Source of the DNA: Pseudomonadota bacterium
Lineage (GTDB): Bacteria; Bdellovibrionota; UBA1018
Assembly: GCA_027485695.1 (NCBI GenBank)
Contig: JAIXQO010000002.1
Coordinates: 602,006 to 666,005 of the forward strand
Direction: 5' to 3'
DNA length: 64,000 nucleotides
The notes under the pieces are model-generated. The model did no database searches. It was not told the DNA's origin and was given only the letters and a program-made list of their open reading frames with translations. The position numbers and the translations under genes are program-made. The first letter of the stretch is position 1; every line of letters begins with the position of its first letter. Positions 1-9,490 of the stretch are shown here, in pieces.

Positions 1-1
1 C

Positions 2-418
2 AGGTCCTTCAATCAGGAATCCCATCTAAGGAACATATCCAGTACAATCTACGCCCAACATCCTAAGCTGGGCGTAGGTGTTCGGACTCCTTACAGAATT
101 GACACCAACGCCAGCTTTGACTTCTTCATTCCCAGCATAAATCGTGAGGAAACCGTTGTTACACTCATCGCGGAAGGTATTTCTATCCTTTACGCGCAGT
201 CAGTAGCTATACCTCAAGAATATGACGCTCTCGGAAATCCAGCGGCTGGAAAGTTACTATTCAAGGCCGTAAATGTTCGGCTCTATCCAAGCAAGCAGGC
301 CATATCGCGTTTTAAAAATAACGCCTTCAATTCTGCGACGAAATACGAATTTAACAACCGTGAATACGAAAACTGCTTACGTAGTCGCATTGCCGCCATC
401 GCTGCTCAGGTTGAATAG
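2..418 (+). CDS. 3' fragment of an unidentified CDS entering from upstream of the window
   Basis: Reading frame 2 is open from the window edge to TAG at 416-418 (…VNVRLYPSKQAISRFKNNAFNSATKYEFNNREYENCLRSRIAAIAAQVE*). No Met-initiated ORF is needed because it continues upstream. Product not recognised. Confidence 0.3.
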   Translation, partial: RSFNQESHLRNISSTIYAQHPKLGVGVRTPYRIDTNASFDFFIPSINREETVVTLIAEGISILYAQSVAIPQEYDALGNPAAGKLLFKAVNVRLYPSKQAISRFKNNAFNSATKYEFNNREYENCLRSRIAAIAAQVE

Positions 419-423
419 TAATA

Positions 424-1500
424 TTGACGGGAGGGCATTCCAACATGTTGCAAAAAACGCCCCGAATTTTGTGTCAGTTCGGAATGTCCTCTCTCGTGCT
501 TCTTTCGATCGCGACTTCGGTCGTTCGTGCAGACTCATGCGCGCCATATGAGAAACTATCCCGATTCATTCAAGAAAAGGTTCTACCTTCGTCTGGATCT
601 ACATTAGAGCAGCGAGCTGAGGAACTTCGACAGATCCCCACGATTATTGCAGAAATCTCACAATCCATCTATGAAAACTACCGTCTGGGTCGAGGCCTAC
701 CCATTTCAGCCGAAAACTGCCTACCGAGTGGATACAGTGACCGCATACAACACAATATAGCTGCAGTTTTCTTTCATGAGAGCATTCGCGAGATGAACGA
801 GTCGAAATCTCAAACTGCACGATCGATTGCAAAACTCCTTTTGAAAAAAGAACAAGCCGGAGCGTTCATACCGTTTACATTGACCGGACACTGGAAAACT
901 TTAGATCGTCCATTAGAACGCTCGACATCTGATCAATCGCCTCTAGAAACGTCGTCGGCGGGATTTCATCGCGCGCAGGCAGCGGTATTCGCGAACATTG
1001 CGATGATACCTCATAGCGACTGGCTACTCGTTTTTGCGCACGAGATGATTCACGTGATTGACGAACAGATCCACGCTAATCTTAGCATCGTTGCCAATCC
1101 GGACCTTGCTCGAACAGTCGCGCAAATCGCGAATTCAAAAGCCTCCATCAACGAACTGACCCAAGACGAGCGATTGACCTGCGAGAGATTCCTGGTGTCC
1201 GCATTGAATCGGGGCTTCCTCGCCGAACTCAGAGCATGGTGGCTGGTTCGGCAGATCTACCACGAACTTCATCTGCCCCCCATTTTTTGGTTGGAACACC
1301 TGTATGCCGAAGGCACACCGAACAAGTCCACCGAAGCCCGATTCGTTCAGGCTCTGTCCGAGCGTTTTCCCACCAGCTTAACGGGACTTTTCGGACTACC
1401 GATCATACAGGCTTTGGATGCGAATCACCGCTCTAATTGGATCAAATACCCTCGCCGGGTGCCTTGGGGCAGTTTGAAACCATTGGTAAAAAAACTTTAG
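424..1500 (+). CDS. secreted hypothetical protein with HExxH motif (putative zinc metallopeptidase-like)
   Basis: 358-aa ORF. Internal Met followed by hydrophobic signal-like segment (MSSLVLLSIATSVVRA). HEMIH motif (FAHEMIHVIDEQ). True start may be the internal ATG at 445 or 484. Confidence 0.45.
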   Translation: MTGGHSNMLQKTPRILCQFGMSSLVLLSIATSVVRADSCAPYEKLSRFIQEKVLPSSGSTLEQRAEELRQIPTIIAEISQSIYENYRLGRGLPISAENCLPSGYSDRIQHNIAAVFFHESIREMNESKSQTARSIAKLLLKKEQAGAFIPFTLTGHWKTLDRPLERSTSDQSPLETSSAGFHRAQAAVFANIAMIPHSDWLLVFAHEMIHVIDEQIHANLSIVANPDLARTVAQIANSKASINELTQDERLTCERFLVSALNRGFLAELRAWWLVRQIYHELHLPPIFWLEHLYAEGTPNKSTEARFVQALSERFPTSLTGLFGLPIIQALDANHRSNWIKYPRRVPWGSLKPLVKKL

Positions 1501-1615
1501 CGAGGAGATTCTGCGGGGGCCAGATTGGCCACGAGCTCTCTTTCCGAATTGGCACGATCGACGGATGATTTTAACCTCGTAATGCCCCTCTAAATTCGAT
1601 TAAATATCGAATGAA

Positions 1616-2578
1616 ATGCTCCAGGCGCCCGCTCACCCCACAGCAATCCTCTCCGGTCCGACTGCCAGCGGAAAAACCGCCCTCGCACTGAGACTCGCTC
1701 GTGAACTGAAAAAACAAAACATCCCCCTCGAGATCGTGAGCTGCGACAGCCTGCTCGTTTACCGGGAGATCTCGATTGGAACCGCGAAACCGACTCGGGA
1801 TGAACTCGATTCGACGCCCCACCATCTGATTGACTGCGCCTCTCTTTCAGAAAACTACAACGCCGGCGATTTCGTCAGACAGGCGGAATCCGCAATCGAG
1901 GAAATCCACTCCCGCGGTGCTCGTGCAATTTTGGTCGGTGGCACCGGATTTTACCTCAAGGCATTTCTGTTCGGCCTCTGGGAGGGTCCAGGCACCAACG
2001 AATCATTTCGTCAGTCGATCGAATCCAAATCGACCGAAGAACTCGCGCGCATGCTGGAACACTCGGACGGCACTTGGCCCTATCCATTCGCCGTGAACGA
2101 TCGGTACCGGATCATCCGACAACTCGAACGCGGCGGCGAAAATGCCCCTTCCTCCCGTGACCGCTCACCTCGAGCGAATGTGGGGTTTTTCTGGATCGAC
2201 GATGAGAGTGAGAAACTAGACGCCCGCATCAACCAGCGAACCAAGACCATGATCTCGGATGGCCTGATCGAGGAAACCAAACGAGCTTTGGCGGAATTTT
2301 CGGAAGCCCGCGCACTCGACTCCGTTGGATACCGAGAAGCTCGGCGCTACCTCTCGGGCCAAGAACCCGAAGGACGCAAGGTCAAACCAGGACTCGAAGG
2401 ACTTGCAGACGAAATTTCGTTATCGACGAGACAACTCGTTAAGAAGCAGCGAACCTTTTATCGCGGGCAGTTCAAAGCGCATCCACTCGTCCAGGCGCGT
2501 GAGTATGATTTCCCGAACGAAGAACCACGTATCCTTCAAGATTTACTCAATTTCTACGGAGCGAGATCCATTCCATGA
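1616..2578 (+). CDS. miaA: tRNA dimethylallyltransferase
   Basis: P-loop GPTASGKT near N-terminus, SCDSLLVYREISIGTAKP and GGTGFYLKA motifs typical of MiaA. 320 aa. Confidence 0.9.
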   Translation: MLQAPAHPTAILSGPTASGKTALALRLARELKKQNIPLEIVSCDSLLVYREISIGTAKPTRDELDSTPHHLIDCASLSENYNAGDFVRQAESAIEEIHSRGARAILVGGTGFYLKAFLFGLWEGPGTNESFRQSIESKSTEELARMLEHSDGTWPYPFAVNDRYRIIRQLERGGENAPSSRDRSPRANVGFFWIDDESEKLDARINQRTKTMISDGLIEETKRALAEFSEARALDSVGYREARRYLSGQEPEGRKVKPGLEGLADEISLSTRQLVKKQRTFYRGQFKAHPLVQAREYDFPNEEPRILQDLLNFYGARSIP

Positions 2579-3444
2579 AAAAAAACAACGGCGATAAAAC
2601 CCTCCCTGATCTCAACCTAAAAGCCGCACGTCGTATCTTTGTCGTCTCCGACGGAACCGGTGAGACCGCCGCCCAGATGACCAAAGCCGCGATGGTGCAG
2701 TTCTCGGGACAAAATATTTTCTTCTCGCGACACAAAAACATCCGGAACGAAATCCAGATCGAAGCGATCCTAGAAGAAGCGCGCGAGAAAAAAGACCTGA
2801 TCGTCTACACGATGGTTTCGCCGACGCTCCGAACGTTCTTGGTGAGTCGTGCAACGGAACTTCATATTCCTTGCGTCGACCTACTTGGACCACTCCTCCG
2901 CGGACTGGCGAGTTATTTCGGCTACGAGCCCAAGGCGATTGCTGGCCTCCTTCACGACGTGAACGAGAGCTATTTCAAGCGAATCGAGGCGATGGAATTC
3001 ACGATTGCCCACGATGACGGCAAAGACTTGAACAACCTGGATCAAGCAGACCTCGTGATCCTCGGCATTTCTCGCACCAGTAAAACACCGCTCTCGATGT
3101 ACCTTTCCCACCAGGGCTGGAAGGTCGTGAACATCCCGATCATCCGGGATTTTCAGCTCCCAGAGCAGGTGCATCAAATTGATCAGAGACGCATCATTGG
3201 ACTCACCATTGAACCCGAAAACCTCACCTTAATTCGACGCAATCGATTGACCAGACTCGGACAAGAGCGCGGTGGGGACTATGCTGACCCCGAGAAGATC
3301 AACGATGAGATTGCGTATGCTGACGAACTCTTTAGACAAAATCGTAAGTGGCCCGTCTTCAACGTAACCGGCAAGGCCCTCGAAGAAACCGCCTCTGAGA
3401 TCATTCGGCTCATGGCGTCGCGACGCTTGACACCTTCCACGTAG
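2575..3444 (+). CDS. ppsR: pyruvate,phosphate dikinase / PEP synthetase regulatory protein (bifunctional kinase-pyrophosphorylase, DUF299)
   Basis: IFVVSDGTGETA N-terminal motif and ILGISRTSKTPLSMYL P-loop-like motif characteristic of PSRP/YdiA family. 4-nt overlap with miaA stop. Confidence 0.85.
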   Translation: MKKNNGDKTLPDLNLKAARRIFVVSDGTGETAAQMTKAAMVQFSGQNIFFSRHKNIRNEIQIEAILEEAREKKDLIVYTMVSPTLRTFLVSRATELHIPCVDLLGPLLRGLASYFGYEPKAIAGLLHDVNESYFKRIEAMEFTIAHDDGKDLNNLDQADLVILGISRTSKTPLSMYLSHQGWKVVNIPIIRDFQLPEQVHQIDQRRIIGLTIEPENLTLIRRNRLTRLGQERGGDYADPEKINDEIAYADELFRQNRKWPVFNVTGKALEETASEIIRLMASRRLTPST

Positions 3445-3491
3445 TAGTAGGAGACTTCCAGCCTAACAGTCACTCGAAGGGAAACGATACG

Positions 3492-4427
3492 ATGGCAGCT
3501 CGTGGCTCGAAGGTTTGGTTGAACGGTAAAATTCTTCCGGTGGAAGAAGCGAAAATTTCTCTCTACACGCACGGCCTCCACTACGGGACGGGCGCATTCG
3601 AAGGCATCCGTGCCTACAAACAGACCGCAGGCGGCGGCGCGATTTTTCGCCTCGAAGACCACATCATTCGACTTTTTGAGAGCGCCAAGATCATGGGATT
3701 CACGATCCCCTTCACTCCCGAACAAATCATGAAAGCCTGCGTGGATACCTGTATCGCGAACGGCTACGAAGAGTGCTATGTCCGCCCGCTCGTTTTCATG
3801 GGCGATAGCGCACTCGGCGTTTACGTCGGCGACAATCCTGTCCTCGAAGTCGCCGTTCTCGTCTGGGAATGGGGTTCGTACCTTGGTGACCGCGGCATCC
3901 GCGAGGGTGCGCGTCTCAAGATTTCTACCTACAACCGCCCTCACCCGAACTCGATCATGACCAAAGGTAAGATCACGGGCCAATACGTGACCGGTGCGCT
4001 CGCCAAAAAAGAGGCGAAATCCCAAGGTTTCGATGAAGCACTCCTTCTCGACACCGAAGGTTACTTGGCCGAAGGCAGCGGCGAAAACTTGTTCATGATC
4101 CGCGACGGCGTCGTCAAAACGACTCCTCTCACGACGATCCTGAACGGTATCACCCGCCGGACGGTCATCGAGTATTTCCGCCACCTCGGTTACGCCGTCG
4201 TCGGCGATCGATTCACGCGTGACGAACTCTATTGCGCAGACGAGGCGTTCCTCACTGGAACTGCGGCCGAAATCACGCCGATCCAAAGCGTCGACGGCCG
4301 TATCATCGGCGCCGGAAAACCGGGACCGCTCTCGCAGAAAATCCAACAGGACTACCAGAAAATCGTGCGCGGCGAGATCAAACTCGACTTCATGAAGAAC
4401 TGGTGGACGCCGGTCAAGCCGAGCTGA
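3492..4427 (+). CDS. ilvE: branched-chain amino acid aminotransferase
   Basis: 311 aa. WLNGKILPVEEAKISLYTHGLHYGTGAFEGIRAY and the ...TGTAAEITPI... region are typical class IV PLP aminotransferase IlvE. Confidence 0.85.
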   Translation: MAARGSKVWLNGKILPVEEAKISLYTHGLHYGTGAFEGIRAYKQTAGGGAIFRLEDHIIRLFESAKIMGFTIPFTPEQIMKACVDTCIANGYEECYVRPLVFMGDSALGVYVGDNPVLEVAVLVWEWGSYLGDRGIREGARLKISTYNRPHPNSIMTKGKITGQYVTGALAKKEAKSQGFDEALLLDTEGYLAEGSGENLFMIRDGVVKTTPLTTILNGITRRTVIEYFRHLGYAVVGDRFTRDELYCADEAFLTGTAAEITPIQSVDGRIIGAGKPGPLSQKIQQDYQKIVRGEIKLDFMKNWWTPVKPS

Positions 4428-4460
4428 GCACCAGCATCAAAAAACAGGGCCCTCACTTAA

Positions 4461-4892
4461 ATGAACAGATATCTGCTGTGTTTGTTTTCGTCTTTCCTTT
4501 TTGTTTCCTGCGCACAACTTCATCACGTTCAAATCGGTGAAGTGGTGTCCGAACCAAACGGAAACTATCAGCGTTTCGACATCAAGGTAAGCGATACTGG
4601 TGTTGATATCGGCGAAGCCACACAAGTAGCGAAGATCTTCATGAACCAGAGACAGCGAGACACATCCGATGCCGTTGCTGGAATCGTGGGTCTGTTTCAG
4701 ATGGGTCCTCGGACGGGGAATCCAGTTTATAGCTCAAACTACACCTCCAACTTGATTGAGCTCATTTATGCAAAATGCCCGTCAGGAAATATCACCGGTC
4801 TAACTTCGATACGAGAGACCAGAAAATACCCCGTTATTTCTGGTGAAATCGTAAAAGTCACCGGATATTGCATCACCAAAAAAGGCGCCTAA
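4461..4892 (+). CDS. small lipoprotein, paralog 1 of tandem family (Bor-like architecture)
   Basis: Lipobox FVSC. Conserved K-C-P-[SN]-G-x-[IV]-[TE]-G-[LI] and C-terminal G-[YL]-C shared with the next two ORFs. Confidence 0.5.
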   Translation: MNRYLLCLFSSFLFVSCAQLHHVQIGEVVSEPNGNYQRFDIKVSDTGVDIGEATQVAKIFMNQRQRDTSDAVAGIVGLFQMGPRTGNPVYSSNYTSNLIELIYAKCPSGNITGLTSIRETRKYPVISGEIVKVTGYCITKKGA

Positions 4893-4893
4893 A

Positions 4894-5295
4894 ATGATGA
4901 GAACTCTGATCTATCCGCTTATCTGCCTGCTGGTCTCCAGTTGCGCATCTATCAATAGCGTTTCTTTGACTCCCATACCACCTACTCGCAACGCCCCTGT
5001 TCGCGCGCAAAAAAGTCGGGTCATATTTCTCGGCCTAAACTTCGACAACGATTTCGTCGACGGCGTGGTGGACGAACTCAGACGGCAATGCCCGAACGGA
5101 AAAGTCACCGGGCTCCTGACCAAAGATGAAACGATTAATTACTTCTTGTTCTTTGTGTACAAAAAACAAGTCACTGCAAATGGGTATTGCGTACCGAATG
5201 CTCCAATGAACTCAAAACCCAAAACTACGCGTGTGAGTCACCTGGACAGTGAGCTCCTTGGACAAGCAAACGGATCTTCGAATGAAGCAATTTAA
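4894..5295 (+). CDS. small lipoprotein, paralog 2
   Basis: Lipobox VSSC. RQCPNGKVTGL and NGYCV motifs. Starts 2 nt after paralog 1 stop. Confidence 0.5.
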   Translation: MMRTLIYPLICLLVSSCASINSVSLTPIPPTRNAPVRAQKSRVIFLGLNFDNDFVDGVVDELRRQCPNGKVTGLLTKDETINYFLFFVYKKQVTANGYCVPNAPMNSKPKTTRVSHLDSELLGQANGSSNEAI

Positions 5296-5611
5296 GATTT
5301 GGCTTCCGATTTTTTCGACGATTGCCTTTGCTGGGTGCGCTCATAGTTTACATATGACCCATGTGAGCGACTCTGCTCTGAGCCATGCGGAATATTCGAA
5401 GAGCAAGGCGATCGAGGCCCGCTCTGAGCAATTCAGTTTTCTTGGTTTTACTACAGATACGGACTATGTAGACCAGGCCTACTCGAAGCTCGCAAAAAGC
5501 TGCCCGAACGGCTCTATTGAGGGAATCACCACCGAGTACTCAACTGACCTCGGTTTCTTATCATGGACAAATATCGTGAACATGCGTGGCCTCTGCACCA
5601 TGCAACCCTAA
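5282..5611 (+). CDS. small lipoprotein, paralog 3 (start trimmed to MKQFKIWLPIFSTIAFAGC)
   Basis: Lipobox FAGC. KSCPNGSIEGI and RGLCT motifs. Six-frame ORF 5249..5611, likely real start at ATG 5282 overlapping paralog 2 stop by 14 nt. Confidence 0.45.
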   Translation: MKQFKIWLPIFSTIAFAGCAHSLHMTHVSDSALSHAEYSKSKAIEARSEQFSFLGFTTDTDYVDQAYSKLAKSCPNGSIEGITTEYSTDLGFLSWTNIVNMRGLCTMQP

Positions 5612-5626
5612 TCAGAAATCGAAATC

Positions 5627-5971
5627 ATGACCACCTCTGGCACCATCCGTTACGCCCTGGGACGCATCGAGCTCGACTTCTACAACAACACCGCGGTTGA
5701 GAAGAAAACCCACGCGATACGCGAGCTTTGCGAGCAGCTCCGTAAAAATCACAACGTCTCCGCTCGCGAGATCGACGCCGAAGAAGCCATCGAATACGGC
5801 GTCCTGGGATTCTCGATGATCTTCCCGACTCGTATGTCCACAGCGACCGCGCAGGACCGAATCGAAAAACTCATGAAAGAGCTCGAAGAAATCTCTCCCA
5901 TGCGAGTCGTGCGCGAGGAATGGGATCTATTTGAGGAAATGTTAGAAGCCGGAGACGGAAGCCCTCCGTGA
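5627..5971 (+). CDS. DUF503 (YlxP-like) small protein
   Basis: 114 aa. RIELDFY...LRKNHNVSAREID...GVLGFSMI pattern resembles B. subtilis YlxP/DUF503 as I recall it (…LRKKFNVSVSEID…). Confidence 0.55.
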   Translation: MTTSGTIRYALGRIELDFYNNTAVEKKTHAIRELCEQLRKNHNVSAREIDAEEAIEYGVLGFSMIFPTRMSTATAQDRIEKLMKELEEISPMRVVREEWDLFEEMLEAGDGSPP

Positions 5972-6555
5972 ATACTCGATTCAACCGCTATTGGAGTTTC
6001 TACAAAACTCACCAGACTTGGGTTCAGCTCGGTATTTTCATCACGGCACTGACGTTGATGTACGTGTTTATTCCAGGGGTGCGATACGGGCGTATGCGGT
6101 CTGATCTGACCACGCCTCGCGACACTTCCTCGAATCGCTCAACGACTCAAAAACTCGACTGCAAGAACGCCGATAGCGAAGCGTTCACGAATCAATTCAT
6201 GAACGAAATAGCCGAACACGAGAAAGCCGTACTCGGTTCAGATCAGCTCGCATGGAAACGATTTGAAACCTGGATTCAAGGGATTCCTTGTATCGATGGC
6301 GCCTACGCCGAAGGCATCATGGCAGTGTGGGAGAACGGCATCACCCAGAACTGGCCACTCTTCCTCTCCTACTACCGAACGCCAGAGGCCGAAAAACCTC
6401 GGCTGAAACTCATGGTCGAAGCCATCTACAACGCCGACGGAAACGACGTGATCGAAGAGCGTTCTGGAAAAGCGCTCCGGGAGATTTTCGCCCAAAACTG
6501 TCCGCCCGAATTTCAGGACCTTTGCAGCAAGAAACCCTCTCGCCCTAAGAATTAA
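5968..6555 (+). CDS. membrane-anchored hypothetical protein
   Basis: 195 aa, one N-terminal TM helix (LGIFITALTLMYVFIPGV). 4-nt overlap with upstream ORF. No recognisable family. Confidence 0.4.
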   Translation: MNTRFNRYWSFYKTHQTWVQLGIFITALTLMYVFIPGVRYGRMRSDLTTPRDTSSNRSTTQKLDCKNADSEAFTNQFMNEIAEHEKAVLGSDQLAWKRFETWIQGIPCIDGAYAEGIMAVWENGITQNWPLFLSYYRTPEAEKPRLKLMVEAIYNADGNDVIEERSGKALREIFAQNCPPEFQDLCSKKPSRPKN

Positions 6556-7576
6556 ACGTCATTGCACCCAGTTCGCTCTGGAGCTGGTAGGCCGCTTTGA
6601 GTTCAGGAACGGTGACCGTCGCCGTACCGCGCTTGCCAACGACGACGCCGGCGCCGAGATTTCCTAAAATCGCCGCCTCCTCGATGGAACCTCCCGCCGC
6701 AACCGTGAGCGCCATCAGACTGATCACGGTATCGCCGGCGCCCGAAACGTCGAAAACTTCTCGCGCGTAAGTCGGGATCAGTTTGGGTGCGCTTCGACCT
6801 TTTTCAAAAAGCGCCATGCCGTCCTTACCACGCGTGATGATGACGGAGTCACCACCGGTCGCTTTTAAGAGCGCACGCCCGCAAGCCGTCAGCGATGCAT
6901 CGTCGGTGATCGCGATTTTCGTCAGCGCCTCGGCTTCTTTGGTGTTCGGGGTCATGAAACTCGCGCCTTCGTAGAGTGAAAGCGGCGTCTTGGAATTCGG
7001 ATCTACCGCAATCACCAGCCCACGTTTCTTGGCGCGCTTGACGAGCTCAGCGAAAAATCCGCGGTCGAAAATGCCCTTGCAGTAATCTTGAATGATCAGA
7101 ATGTCGGCACGAGCCAACTCTCGCTCCGTCTTGGCGAGCATCTCCGATTTGGTTTTCGCATCGATCGCGCCGGTCGTCTCATAGTCGACGCGGAGCAACT
7201 GCTGGTTCATGCTCACGACACGCTCTTTGAGGATCGTGCGACGAGAGGTGGATCGAACAAGACCCGAGGTTTCAGCGCCGATGCCTTTCATCAGCCGATC
7301 GAAATCTTCTGAATAACGGTCCTTGCCCACGATTCCAACGAGACTCACTCGTCCGGAGAGCGCACGAATATTGTCCGCGACGTTCGCGGCGAGACCGAGT
7401 TTTAGTTTCTCCTCGACCACATGAAGAATGGGCACCGGGGCTTCGGGAGAAATCCGCTCCACTGTACCCAAGGTGTAGCGATCGATCCCCACGTCTCCCA
7501 CGACCAGCACACGAAGTGATTTGAATTTGCCGAGCAGTTCTTCGATACGACTAGGAGAGAGGTTCTGTTTTTTCAT
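6545..7576 (-). CDS. D-glycero-beta-D-manno-heptose 7-phosphate kinase (RfaE domain I, PfkB family), kinase-only
   Basis: LRVLVVGDVGIDRY at N-terminus, GAGDTV near C-terminus (PfkB). Start trimmed to MKKQ (ATG complement at 7574-7576). No adenylyltransferase domain II in this ORF. Confidence 0.75.
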   Translation of the reverse strand: MKKQNLSPSRIEELLGKFKSLRVLVVGDVGIDRYTLGTVERISPEAPVPILHVVEEKLKLGLAANVADNIRALSGRVSLVGIVGKDRYSEDFDRLMKGIGAETSGLVRSTSRRTILKERVVSMNQQLLRVDYETTGAIDAKTKSEMLAKTERELARADILIIQDYCKGIFDRGFFAELVKRAKKRGLVIAVDPNSKTPLSLYEGASFMTPNTKEAEALTKIAITDDASLTACGRALLKATGGDSVIITRGKDGMALFEKGRSAPKLIPTYAREVFDVSGAGDTVISLMALTVAAGGSIEEAAILGNLGAGVVVGKRGTATVTVPELKAAYQLQSELGAMTFNS

Positions 7577-8756
7577 CGATTTTCGGGCTTTCGGATACGC
7601 TAGACGCGTTTGCGCGACTCGCTTGGTGGGCCGCATGAGAAAGTTGACGATTCACTTCATCGAGCGCCTGGCGCGGGAGAATCGTCTTCATACACGGGTA
7701 GTAGTTGCAGACGGAACCGCGGCATTTAAAATCCTCGCCGCAATACACCTCGGGAACCAAAATACTGCGCGCATCTTCGTCCGTTGTATAAGGTCCCCAA
7801 CGAACCGCGCTTTGCACACGTATCGGTGGATAGAAGCTCACGACGCCTTTGCCGAGCGCAACCGCCACATGGAGTGGACCTGTCGACGGCGCCACGACAA
7901 CCGCCACCTCGGTAAACAGCGCGGCAAGGTAGTCCACGCTGAGCGGTTTCGGAGGCACGGATCCGGGCTCGATTCCTGAGAAGGTGATCAATCGTTCGCG
8001 GTTCTCCGAGATCTCGTTCTGAATGCGCTCCAGGAGATGTTCCTCTGTGGGACCTCCCGTCAGAAGGACGGTGTGCCCCTCCTTGAGTAGCGCGCGTGCA
8101 AGCTCCACGTAGTAGTTCTCGGGCCAATTGAGCGCGCTCCCACCCATCCCCGGGTGAATTGCGATCAATCGCGTCGCTCGATCCGGATCAGGCTGATAGC
8201 CACGTTCGCGAAGGTACTCTTTGGCCCACTCGATTCTCTCGGGTCGCACGCCTACGCTCGTCGGCAAGGTTTGCGTCGGAACACGGACGCCGAGTTTCCG
8301 AAGTAACTGAAGGTTGTAGTCCGCCTCATGCATCTCAACGAGTGAACGGCGTTGGCGGGTGCCTCGGTTAAAAAAGAAAAACGAGTGAATCTTGGAAAGC
8401 GGCCCAATGCGATTGGGAATTCCAACGCCGTAGAGCGCCGCCGTCACGCGAAGTTGTGACTGGAGCACGATCACGATTTGAAATCGCTGAGCACGCAGCT
8501 CTTCCATCAGACGGAAAAAACCGCCAATACCGCGGTGCCGCCCTTTAGGTTCGTAAACGAATACTTTGTCCACGTTTTCGATTTCACGCAGGAGTGGAGC
8601 GACGAATTCCTGCACCATAAACGTGATTTGGCTGTTGGGATACGTTTTCTTGAGCGCCGTGATGACGGGTGTACTCAAGATCACGTCGCCCAGACGATCG
8701 GGACGAACAATGAGAATACGAGGTGCGACCGCAGAGGTGCGGGGCAGAATCCTCAT
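7551..8756 (-). CDS. ADP-heptose:LPS heptosyltransferase (glycosyltransferase family 9)
   Basis: RILIVRPDRLGDVILSTPVITALKKTYP N-terminal GT9 signature. 401 aa with C-terminal Cys-containing extension. Confidence 0.8.
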   Translation of the reverse strand: MRILPRTSAVAPRILIVRPDRLGDVILSTPVITALKKTYPNSQITFMVQEFVAPLLREIENVDKVFVYEPKGRHRGIGGFFRLMEELRAQRFQIVIVLQSQLRVTAALYGVGIPNRIGPLSKIHSFFFFNRGTRQRRSLVEMHEADYNLQLLRKLGVRVPTQTLPTSVGVRPERIEWAKEYLRERGYQPDPDRATRLIAIHPGMGGSALNWPENYYVELARALLKEGHTVLLTGGPTEEHLLERIQNEISENRERLITFSGIEPGSVPPKPLSVDYLAALFTEVAVVVAPSTGPLHVAVALGKGVVSFYPPIRVQSAVRWGPYTTDEDARSILVPEVYCGEDFKCRGSVCNYYPCMKTILPRQALDEVNRQLSHAAHQASRANASSVSESPKIDEKTEPLS

Positions 8757-9490
8757 TGAGTACCCTCGCGCTGAGATACTGCGATCACTTTTTGCGCCAT
8801 CATATCGACGACCTCGTCGAGCGTGAGTTCGCTTGTATCAATCAAAATGGAATCTTCGGCCTGTTTCAGCGGCGCTACTTTGCGGTTTCGATCGGCGGAA
8901 TCGCGGGTTTCGATTTGACGTCGCACCTCTTCGAATGACGGCACGTCCTTGCCGAGCGCTTCGAGTTCGGACAAACGACGTTTTGCCCGCTCCTCTACGC
9001 TCGCCGTCAGGAAAAATTTCACGTCCGCATCTGGAAAAATCACCGTGCCGATATCCCGACCCTCGAGGATCGCGCCTCCAGATGCGCCCATCCGACGTTG
9101 AAGCTCCAAGAGTGCCGAGCGCACCTCGGGAATCGCCGAAATCTGACTCGCGATCAAACTCACCTCGGGCGTACGAATTGCTTCGCTTCGATCTTCGCCT
9201 TCGATGAAGACACGGTTGGAAGGATTCAAATATGGAATCCTTTTGAATTCGATCTTGAGGACACGCGCAAGTTCCGCTGCGCGAGCCTCGTTACTCTCCT
9301 CGCCTCGCTGTTTGAGCCACCATCCGATCGATCGGTAGAGTGCACCCGTGTCCACGTGTGTGAATCCGAGCCGTTCAGCGAGACGCTTAGTCGCGGAACT
9401 CTTGCCAGTGCCCGCGGGCCCATCAATAGCCACGACGACACCCGTCTTAGGAATGCGATGGACTAAGTCAGCAGCGAAATCAGGGCTCAT
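8753..9490 (-). CDS. cmk: cytidylate kinase
   Basis: VVVAIDGPAGTGKSSATKRLAERLGFTHVDTGALYR. 245 aa. 4-nt overlaps with both neighbours. Confidence 0.9.
   Translation of the reverse strand: MSPDFAADLVHRIPKTGVVVAIDGPAGTGKSSATKRLAERLGFTHVDTGALYRSIGWWLKQRGEESNEARAAELARVLKIEFKRIPYLNPSNRVFIEGEDRSEAIRTPEVSLIASQISAIPEVRSALLELQRRMGASGGAILEGRDIGTVIFPDADVKFFLTASVEERAKRRLSELEALGKDVPSFEEVRRQIETRDSADRNRKVAPLKQAEDSILIDTSELTLDEVVDMMAQKVIAVSQREGTQ

Noticed and set aside
3279-4346. 355-aa ORF on minus strand
   Set aside because: It lies entirely antisense to the well-supported ilvE gene. The translated sequence is low-complexity (Arg/Asp/Ala-rich) and typical of a shadow ORF.
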